Positions 15,897 through 23,115 of a stretch of DNA of 26,455 bases are shown here, piece by piece (positions within the stretch are counted from its first letter, which is position 1; each line of letters starts with the position of its first letter). This DNA is from Candidatus Krumholzibacteriia bacterium (GTDB taxonomy: Bacteria; Krumholzibacteriota; Krumholzibacteriia; LZORAL124-64-63), in the NCBI GenBank assembly GCA_030632925.1, contig DAOVTU010000001.1, positions 1-26,455 on the forward strand, read 5' to 3'. The notes under the pieces are model-generated. The model ran no database searches. It saw only the letters and a program-made list of their open reading frames with translations, and was not told the origin of the DNA. The position numbers were made by a program, and so were the translations under genes.

Positions 15897-18346
15897 GGCG
15901 ACCACGGGATTTCCCCGTTTTCGGCTGGGGTTTGCCACTGCAACTGGCCATTGGGCCTCCATTCCAGCCGGATACTGCCCTGCAAATCGGTCCGCAAAAG
16001 TGGTATCGTATCGGCCCCCGCCACGCCCGTCCGCAGATAGGGCCCGTGACTCGGATGGCCATAAGAATTGCCCAGGCCACAACTGATCAGCACCAGCTCC
16101 GGTTCCAGCATCCGCATCAGGGCCGGCGAGCCCGAAGTATTGCTGCCATGATGCCCGGCTTTCCAGGCCCTGGTCGGCGGCAACATCGGCTCCGAGGCCA
16201 GCCAATGGTGCTCCCCTTCAAGTTCCAGATCCCCACTCCAGACCATCTCGGTCCGGTCGCCACAACTGAGTCCAGCCACCAGGCTCCAGTTGTTCTCGCC
16301 CGCGGCGTGCTGTTGCCCGGCCAGCGGATAAAGCACCGTGAATTCCCAATCCTGCCAGCGATGCAATACCGTGCCGGCCACCGGTCGCTGCACCATTGTG
16401 GAATCGACTGCGGCGCCCAGGGCCCGGTCCGCTCGGCCAGCAACCAGCCAGGCGCCCACCTCGACTTGCCCCACCAGGGCCAGGGCGCCGCCGGTGTGAT
16501 CGAGATGACCGTGAGTCAGGATCACCGCATCGACCCTGTCGATTCCCTGCCTTTGCAGAAAGGGCAAAACCGTTCGGCCCAAGGGGCCCTGGGCCGGTGG
16601 TGCGCGATGCCCGAAGCGGCCGCCGGTATCGATCAAGGCGCACCAGCCGTCAGGGAACATCAGCAGTCCGCAGTCGCCCTGCCCCACGTCGAACTGCCAG
16701 ACCACCACCGATTTGTCGCCAGGCAAGGAGCGGGCGGCCGGACCAAAAATCCACAGGAGCGCCAAAGGTAGCGCGAGCCAGATTCCAAGATCCAGCAGCC
16801 AGCGGCGCCGGGCTTCCGGCCGTCGTCGCAGAAGCACACAAAAAACACCGCTCAGCAGCAGCCAACTCAGGTACTGCAACATTCCTGGCGTAGGCAGTCC
16901 CCAATTCGCTCCGCCAGAGCCATGGCTGAGCCACGCCACAGCCCCGTTGATGGCGCGCATCAACAGCCAGGCCACTGCCCCCAGATTTGCGGCCAAAGGC
17001 CACCAAACGAAACTGGCCACCAAGGCCAGAACAATCAGCCAGACAGCCAAGCCGAACAATGGCACTGCGATCAGATTGGCCAGCGGCGATAGCAGGCTGA
17101 TGCGCCCGAAACTGTCGGCCACCACCGGCAGGGTGAACCACTGCGCCGCCAGGCTGACCGCCAGCCCGGTCGCGACCGGCTTGAGCCATCGATGACTTGT
17201 GAGTTGAAAACTATTTGTGAGGCGGCTGACCAGCAGAATGCCGCCGGCCGCCAAGTAAGACATCTGCAATCCGGTGTCGAGATTTTGTTGAGGATCGAGC
17301 AGCGACCCCACCCAGTACAGCAGGCCCAGGATGCGCAAAGGATCAACCCGCCTGCCCAGCGGTCGGGCCTGCCCTGCCAACAGCCCCATGCCTCCGGCCC
17401 TGACCACCGAGCCGGGCAATCCGGTCAATAGCAGGTACATGGGCAGGAAGAACCACAATGGTGCGGCCGCAAGCCTTGGCGAGAAGCCGATCATCCGGCC
17501 CGGCAACAGGACAATGCCCAGAAGAATCCCGACGTGCAGGCCACTGACGGCAAAGAGGTGAGCCAGGCCCAGCGAACTGAAGGGCTGGCTGATCTGCCGG
17601 CTGTCTTCGGTGCGGACACCCAACAGCACCGCGGCCGCCAATTGCGATTCGCGTTCAGGCAGGAGTGCCGTCAAGCGCTTGAGAATATCGGTGCGGACCG
17701 GCGAGAGAAAACCATTGCCGATCCGCGCAACGGGATCTTCACCACTGATGTCACGACTTTTCAGGAGCCGCCCTTGCCAAAGCATGCCACGACCATTCAG
17801 AAACTTCCGATAGTCAAAGGCCCCCGCCACGGTCGCAACGGGCGGCGCACGGAGTTCGACTGGTCCCGATAACACCACTCCTGGCTCAGGTGACGGGCCC
17901 TCTCCGGTCAACATCACTCCGTCGCCCACTGCAGGCGGCGCCAGCATTCCTGCCTGGTCCGGGCCGTCACAGGCAAGCACCCGAGCCGGAGCTCGCCAAC
18001 GGTCGTTGCGAGCAGGTCGGGCCCAACCTGTGATCCGTAGCACGGCGTTGCGTTGCACGACAACTGGTGTGGCCGGAGACCACGGCTCTTCGATGGTTGC
18101 TGTTTGTCGCGCCTGACGGGCGGTGGATTCCATGGCGCCGGCGGTCGCATTGCCGGCGCAGACCGCAGACCAGATGGCCAGGGTCCCCCAACTGCCGCCG
18201 GTAGTTAGAAACACAGGCAATAGCGCAGTGATGCGCACCAGTGGGGAACTCCAGGACGGTGGAATCTTCTCGGTCCAGCGTGGGCTCTGTTGTCCCAGAC
18301 GCCCTCCGAAGCCATAGCTCAGCAGGTGGCAGACAAGCCACACCAC
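15893..18346 (-). CDS. comEC: DNA internalisation competence protein ComEC/Rec2 (Competence domain plus metallo-beta-lactamase domain)
   Basis: AFDYRKFL, GLAHLFAVSGLHVG, PGSVVRAGGM, SPLANLIAVP; MBL motifs FDVGQGD, THGHLDHTGG, GDLE, GHHGS, NSYGHP all intact. Start uncertain: the frame is open to ATG 18457; GTG 18346 chosen as it gives the smaller overlap with the upstream gene. Confidence 0.92.
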   Translation of the reverse strand: MVWLVCHLLSYGFGGRLGQQSPRWTEKIPPSWSSPLVRITALLPVFLTTGGSWGTLAIWSAVCAGNATAGAMESTARQARQTATIEEPWSPATPVVVQRNAVLRITGWARPARNDRWRAPARVLACDGPDQAGMLAPPAVGDGVMLTGEGPSPEPGVVLSGPVELRAPPVATVAGAFDYRKFLNGRGMLWQGRLLKSRDISGEDPVARIGNGFLSPVRTDILKRLTALLPERESQLAAAVLLGVRTEDSRQISQPFSSLGLAHLFAVSGLHVGILLGIVLLPGRMIGFSPRLAAAPLWFFLPMYLLLTGLPGSVVRAGGMGLLAGQARPLGRRVDPLRILGLLYWVGSLLDPQQNLDTGLQMSYLAAGGILLVSRLTNSFQLTSHRWLKPVATGLAVSLAAQWFTLPVVADSFGRISLLSPLANLIAVPLFGLAVWLIVLALVASFVWWPLAANLGAVAWLLMRAINGAVAWLSHGSGGANWGLPTPGMLQYLSWLLLSGVFCVLLRRRPEARRRWLLDLGIWLALPLALLWIFGPAARSLPGDKSVVVWQFDVGQGDCGLLMFPDGWCALIDTGGRFGHRAPPAQGPLGRTVLPFLQRQGIDRVDAVILTHGHLDHTGGALALVGQVEVGAWLVAGRADRALGAAVDSTMVQRPVAGTVLHRWQDWEFTVLYPLAGQQHAAGENNWSLVAGLSCGDRTEMVWSGDLELEGEHHWLASEPMLPPTRAWKAGHHGSNTSGSPALMRMLEPELVLISCGLGNSYGHPSHGPYLRTGVAGADTIPLLRTDLQGSIRLEWRPNGQLQWQTPAENGEIPWSP

Positions 18347-19833
18347 CGGCCAGTGACGACGACTGAGCAGCGCCAGACGGCGCCCGGCGGAAATCGGCTC
18401 TTGGGTGAGGAGGGCAGGATGCGGACGTGTTCGCCGAGGCTGTTCCAGAAGTGGCATTGGTTGCGGCCAAGGTCCTTGGACAGGTACAGCATGGCGTCGG
18501 CCTTGCGGTACAGTTCAAAGGCATCGGACCCGGCGGCAGGAAAGGTCACCGCGCCGTAGCTGAAAGTGACACTCAGGTCGATGACCCGGTTTTCATGAAC
18601 GACCTCTTCGCTGAAAGCAGCGTCGAGCAGGCGACCGAGCACTTCCTGGGCCGCCTCCTGTCCGGTGTCCGGCAGGATGAGGGCAAATTCCTCGCCGCCG
18701 ATGCGGCAAATGTGATCAATGCGCCGCAACTCTTCTTGCAGACGACGTGCCACCAGTTGCAAGGCCCGGTCACCGAGCTGGTGACCCAGTTCATCATTCA
18801 CCCGCTTGAAATGATCCAAGTCGGCAATGACCAGGGTCAGGGGCACTTCGGAACGGCGGGCACGCTCCAACTCCAGGGTGAACTGCGAGTCAAAAAAGGC
18901 GCGGTTGAAGACCCCGGTCAGGCTGTCGGTGTGTATCCGCTGGTTCACTTCCTGCTGGTGTTGCCAACGCCGGGTGACAAATCGGGCCAGACGGTCAGCC
19001 AGCCGCAGCAGCGGTTCGCGGCCCCAGTCGTCGCGGGTCACGACAAAAACCAGGCCGCCTTCCTGCCGTTGGCCAGCGGCCGTGCCATCGCTCGTGGGCG
19101 ACCACAAGGGCACCGCCACGCCGGAGGTCACTTCGAAGGTTCCGTCTTCCTCTTCAGCAGTCTGTTTCAGGATGTGAGCCGGCAATTCCCCGGGACTGGG
19201 AATCCAGACGGAGTGACCTTCTTCACGGAGCGAAATCCAGCTGTCACCGTGGGCCTCGGTAGGCACCTGGAAAATTCCGTCGGCTCCTTCATGGATGGAT
19301 TCGTTTTCATCGAGCATGATGAACAAGCGAAACTGGGGCGTGAACTTGCGCAGAAGTCTCAGTACTCCAGCCAGGATGACCGATTTTTCGCCGCTCTGGG
19401 GCGCACCGATCTCGAGGTCCTGGGCATCCTCCATGGCGCCGAGCATCCCGGCAAAATCACTCAAACTGTAGGGAGATTTTTCCGCGGGTGCAGTGATCTG
19501 GGTTGTATCGTGCAGCGGCCGCAGTTCGGACGGGAAATTGAATGTCGCGTAGTCGCCACCGAGTGCGGACAAATCCACCACACGATTGGTGCCCTTTAAA
19601 AGGCAAATGGGGCCGCGCACACTTTCGCTGCCAGCCGGCTGTTCCACCGCGACGCGCAGCAGATCACCGCGGCGCAACAGTTCCCCCACCACCACCTGGG
19701 TCACCAGGCGCAGACGTTCGGCCTCGCCCGAGCGGAGAGCCCGCCTGGCCGCCTGACGCAAGTGAGGGCCGACCCTGTCCAGGGGCAGCTCTCCCGCCAG
19801 GAGGTTGCGCAATGCCGTGTGTTGCTGTTCCAT
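18319..19833 (-). CDS. Diguanylate cyclase (GGDEF domain) with uncharacterised, possibly GAF-like N-terminal region
   Basis: TDSLTGVFNR, ADLDHFKRVNDELGHQLGD, RRID (RxxD I-site) followed by RIGGEEF (18685-18699 for GGEEF), ADAMLYLSKDLGRN. AAGGGG RBS. No evident TM segment. Confidence 0.93.
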   Translation of the reverse strand: MEQQHTALRNLLAGELPLDRVGPHLRQAARRALRSGEAERLRLVTQVVVGELLRRGDLLRVAVEQPAGSESVRGPICLLKGTNRVVDLSALGGDYATFNFPSELRPLHDTTQITAPAEKSPYSLSDFAGMLGAMEDAQDLEIGAPQSGEKSVILAGVLRLLRKFTPQFRLFIMLDENESIHEGADGIFQVPTEAHGDSWISLREEGHSVWIPSPGELPAHILKQTAEEEDGTFEVTSGVAVPLWSPTSDGTAAGQRQEGGLVFVVTRDDWGREPLLRLADRLARFVTRRWQHQQEVNQRIHTDSLTGVFNRAFFDSQFTLELERARRSEVPLTLVIADLDHFKRVNDELGHQLGDRALQLVARRLQEELRRIDHICRIGGEEFALILPDTGQEAAQEVLGRLLDAAFSEEVVHENRVIDLSVTFSYGAVTFPAAGSDAFELYRKADAMLYLSKDLGRNQCHFWNSLGEHVRILPSSPKSRFPPGAVWRCSVVVTGRWCGLSATC

Positions 19834-19927
19834 GACCCCTTAACCCGATAAATTGGGCTACCAGAGACGTTGCCGATGTTTTGACCTGCGGAATTGCCTT
19901 ACCGGCTGAATTTCAATACGTACCACA

Positions 19928-19956
19928 ATTATGACATATCATACGGTATTTTTCAA
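19928..19956 (-). promoter_or_regulatory. Sigma70-type promoter for the DGC-comEC genes
   Basis: TTGAAA (19956-19951), 17 bp, CATAAT (19933-19928), preceded by TGt (extended -10). Confidence 0.65.
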
Positions 19957-19973
19957 GATATGACATTGGTCAA

Positions 19974-19990
19974 TCGGCCCTGATTTTGCT
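19974..19990 (+). promoter_or_regulatory. Candidate sigma54 (-24/-12) promoter upstream of the MltD-like gene
   Basis: TCGGCCCTGATTTTGCT: GG(19976-77)-N10-GC(19988-89), perfect TTGCT, 4/6 match to TGGCAC. Confidence 0.35.
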
Positions 19991-20105
19991 ATTTTCGGGA
20001 ACCGGAGACCACGTGAGTCCGTATCTCATCCCATTCTCCGCCTTAAACAAGCAGGTTTCGGGCTCGTTCCCGTTGATTCTTCTTCAGACCGAGGTAACGT
20101 CAAGG

Positions 20106-21848
20106 ATGACAACTTCCGCCAAATCAATGAGATATACTCTCAGCGCCCTGATCTTCCTGGGCAGTGTCGGCCTCCTGGCCGGATGTTCGGTCCTCAAGCC
20201 CGGCTCCAGCTCTGATCCCACTGCCGACCAATTCCTGACCACGGCCTTGCCGGATACTTTTTCCAGTGTCACGGTGTCCGAGGCCGAATCTGACAGCGTC
20301 GAGACCATTTTCCTGCCTCGCGATGAGGTTGCTGCCGCCCTGCCCACGGGGCCGGATGGCTACGCAGCCCTGGCCGATCTGGAAGAACTGGCAGGCACGG
20401 CCCTGACATTGGCTGGCGAAGGCCAGTACGACCAGGCCGAGGACCACCTCTTCGTTTTGAGAGATCAAGTGGCGCTGCCGCTGCCGGCATCTGCCGATTC
20501 CACCTACATCTTCCACCGCGGCAGCCTCGAACGCCGGATGGTTCTGCTGAGTGGAATCCTGGCCGAACAGCACGCCTTTGGGCAGGAACCCGGCGCCGCT
20601 GATTCGTTGCTGGCCGCGGGCTATGCCCGTCTGCAAGCTTCCGGTTTTCCCGACTCGCTGGTGCCCGCCACAGGCGCTAATCTGAGCACCATCACGGCTG
20701 ACCTGATGAAAATCGACAACAAGGCCGTGCGCCGCTGGGAAGATTATTTCACCGGCCGCGGGCGCCGCAGTTTCCAGACCTGGCTGGACCGCAAGGTTGT
20801 GGCCGAGCCGGTGATCACCACGATTTTGGCCCGCGAGGGCTTGCCGCCCGAGTTGGTCTATCTGTCCATGATCGAAAGTGGATTCAGCTCGCGGGCCGTT
20901 TCCAGCGCCAGCGCAGTGGGTCCCTGGCAGTTCATGTCCGGCACAGCCAAGGACTACAAGCTGCGCCGCAACTGGTGGGTGGACGAACGCCGCGACATGG
21001 AGATGTCCACCGAGGCGGCCGCCCAATACATCGGCGATTTGTACCGTCAGTTTGGCGACTGGGCCCTGGTTTTGGCGGCCTACAATACCGGTGGTGGACG
21101 CATCGCGCGCAAAATCCGCGAACACGGCCACAACAATTTCTGGGACCTGCGTTTGCCGACCCAAACGACGGCTCACATCCCCAAGTTCATCGCTGCGGCC
21201 CGCATCGGTGAAGATCCGACCAGGTACGGTTTTGTCGTCAACGATTTGCCGCCCCTGGCCTACGATACGCTACTGGTCACGGACGCGACGGATCTGGCCC
21301 TGATCGCCCGCTGTGCCGGCGTTGATGTGGCGGCTGTCAAGCAATTGAACCCTGCCCTGTTGCGCGGTGCCTCTCCGCCGAACATGAAGAATTATCCAGT
21401 GCGGGTGCCCAGCGGCACCGGTGTCAAAGCCAAACGTGCCCTGGCGCGGGTGCCGGCTGACAAGCGCCTCACGTGGCGCAGGCACAAGGTCAAACGTGGC
21501 GACACTCTCGGTGGCATCGCGCGGTCCTATGGAACCTCAGTGGGCGATATTGCGCGCCTGAACAAACTCAAGGATGTGCACACCATACGGCCGGGCGATC
21601 AGTTGCTGATTCCCATGCCGGCCGAACTGGCCAGTAAGGCACAAAAACGGGCCTCAGAAAAAGGCCACTATGTGCCGCCCAACGGGTACTCGCGAGTGAG
21701 CTACAAAGTGAAGTCGGGCGATACTCTGGGTGGAGTTGCCAATAAGCTGGGTGTTTCGCTGACCCACTTGCGTAAGGTGAATAACATCCACAAGTCCAGC
21801 CTGATCAAACCGGGGCAACGGCTCTATGCCTATCGGCCTGGAGAATAA
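20106..21848 (+). CDS. mltD: MltD-like membrane-bound lytic transglycosylase, lipoprotein with two LysM domains
   Basis: Lipobox LLAGC; LSMIESGF (catalytic Glu), AVGPWQFM, WWVDERRD, WALVLAAYNTG; LysM repeats HKVKRGDTLGGIARSYG and YKVKSGDTLGGVANKLG. GAGGT RBS before ATG 20106 (ATG 20127 is an alternative). Confidence 0.9.
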   Translation: MTTSAKSMRYTLSALIFLGSVGLLAGCSVLKPGSSSDPTADQFLTTALPDTFSSVTVSEAESDSVETIFLPRDEVAAALPTGPDGYAALADLEELAGTALTLAGEGQYDQAEDHLFVLRDQVALPLPASADSTYIFHRGSLERRMVLLSGILAEQHAFGQEPGAADSLLAAGYARLQASGFPDSLVPATGANLSTITADLMKIDNKAVRRWEDYFTGRGRRSFQTWLDRKVVAEPVITTILAREGLPPELVYLSMIESGFSSRAVSSASAVGPWQFMSGTAKDYKLRRNWWVDERRDMEMSTEAAAQYIGDLYRQFGDWALVLAAYNTGGGRIARKIREHGHNNFWDLRLPTQTTAHIPKFIAAARIGEDPTRYGFVVNDLPPLAYDTLLVTDATDLALIARCAGVDVAAVKQLNPALLRGASPPNMKNYPVRVPSGTGVKAKRALARVPADKRLTWRRHKVKRGDTLGGIARSYGTSVGDIARLNKLKDVHTIRPGDQLLIPMPAELASKAQKRASEKGHYVPPNGYSRVSYKVKSGDTLGGVANKLGVSLTHLRKVNNIHKSSLIKPGQRLYAYRPGE

Positions 21849-21869
21849 TCCGCGCCGGAAACAGACAAT

Positions 21870-21903
21870 AAAAAAGGCCCCGCACTGGCGGGGCCTTTTC
21901 TTA
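21870..21903. terminator. Bidirectional intrinsic terminator between the convergent mltD and PorV-like genes
   Basis: AAAAAA-GGCCCCGC-ACTG-GCGGGGCC-TTTTCTT. Confidence 0.92.
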
Positions 21904-21916
21904 TAAAATGCGGCTG

Positions 21917-22990
21917 CTAGAAACGGAACGAAACGCTGATCCGATGGGTCACCTCGTCGATGTCCAGCAGATCGCCGGCATAGGCGTAGTCGACTGTCAA
22001 CGGGTTGACACGGAAACCGACACCCGCAGTCAGGTTGCCAGCTTCAAAACCACTGTCATATCCGGTGCGTAAAAAGACCTTCTGGCTGAACCCGACTTCC
22101 AAACCCAAATGGGCATTGGCACTGAATGCACCCGAGCTGATTTGATCAGCCTCGCCGCGATTGTCAAAGCGAGACTCCAGCGAGCCGGCCAAAGTGAAAT
22201 CCATATTCCAGTCGGGCAACGGCTGGCGCCAGGCCAGTCCCGGGACGATCGCCGGGGTGATCAACTCATTGCGACTTGAAGGCGAGTTCCAGCTCAGGTA
22301 GGTCGTAGTGAGATCCTGAAATTTCACGCCAAAATCGAGTTGTTTCCAAACCCTCGGCCGCAGAAGCGCCAGGTCAGCGCCCAGGCCCATGCTCGAATAT
22401 TGTCCAATACTCTGGCGCACGAATTTCATCGAGGCGCCCACTTGCCAGGCCCCCAACTGTTCCCCATAGGACAGCAACAGGGCAAATTCCTGATCACTCT
22501 TGTAGATGATGTCATCCTGCAAGTCCAGCAAGCCGACGATTTCGCTGTCGTCTACAGTGCCATCACCGTTGGTATCGAGCTGATCGGTGAGGTGCTCGGT
22601 GAACGGAATATCGTCCACCCCCAGTCGGATCATGCTGATCCCGATCCCGCTGCTGGTTCCGCCCAACACATTCCAGCTCACGGGCTGGGTGTAGGAAATG
22701 AAATCGCGATCGATGAGATCGCCAAAACGCTCGGAGTGCATGAGCAGAATTTCCTTGTCGGCCAGTGTGGCCAGGCCGGCGGGATTCCAAAAGGTTGCGG
22801 AGGGGTCATCGGCCACGGCGGTGAAAGCCCCGCCCATGCCGAGAGCCCGCGCGCCGCCTCCATTTTCCATAAAAGCGCCTGCATATTTGGTCGCCTGGGC
22901 CGGTCCGGCCACAGCCATCAGGGCCAGCGAAAACATGACAATACCGCGCACAAGGCGGCCTCCGGCAGGTTGTACCCGCTTCAACTTCAT
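21917..22990 (-). CDS. PorV/PorQ-family outer-membrane beta-barrel protein (FadL-like superfamily)
   Basis: Signal peptide ending AQA; family signature GGGARALGMGGAFTAVADDPSATFWNPAGLA; alternating beta-strands; C-terminal aromatic ISVSFRF. Start ATG 22990 with a GAGG RBS (357 aa). Confidence 0.85.
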   Translation of the reverse strand: MKLKRVQPAGGRLVRGIVMFSLALMAVAGPAQATKYAGAFMENGGGARALGMGGAFTAVADDPSATFWNPAGLATLADKEILLMHSERFGDLIDRDFISYTQPVSWNVLGGTSSGIGISMIRLGVDDIPFTEHLTDQLDTNGDGTVDDSEIVGLLDLQDDIIYKSDQEFALLLSYGEQLGAWQVGASMKFVRQSIGQYSSMGLGADLALLRPRVWKQLDFGVKFQDLTTTYLSWNSPSSRNELITPAIVPGLAWRQPLPDWNMDFTLAGSLESRFDNRGEADQISSGAFSANAHLGLEVGFSQKVFLRTGYDSGFEAGNLTAGVGFRVNPLTVDYAYAGDLLDIDEVTHRISVSFRF

Positions 22991-23047
22991 TTTTGCCTCG
23001 CTCACCAGGGGTTGGTTCGGAGAGTGAAATCTGCGCAACTGTATTCT

Positions 23048-23076
23048 ATTATACGACATCTTCAACTTTCTGGAAA
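23048..23076 (-). promoter_or_regulatory. Sigma70-type promoter for the PorV-like gene
   Basis: TTTCCA (23076-23071), 17 bp, TATAAT (23053-23048). A CTTTC-TG-GAAAG palindrome overlaps the -35 box. Confidence 0.55.
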
Positions 23077-23115
23077 GCCCCCAGACTTCTATTTCAGTCC
23101 GGGCAATAGCGGCCA

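Noticed and set aside
19986-20105. N-terminal extensions in the ORF track for mltD, purC, the PorV-like gene, Slt and HDOD2
   Set aside because: Downstream starts have RBSs and restore signal peptides or family N-termini. The extensions cover promoters, leaders or neighbouring genes.
23098-23115. TGGCCGCTATTGC as a sigma54 promoter for the PorV-like gene
   Set aside because: Spacing is GG-N8-GC, not the strictly required GG-N10-GC.
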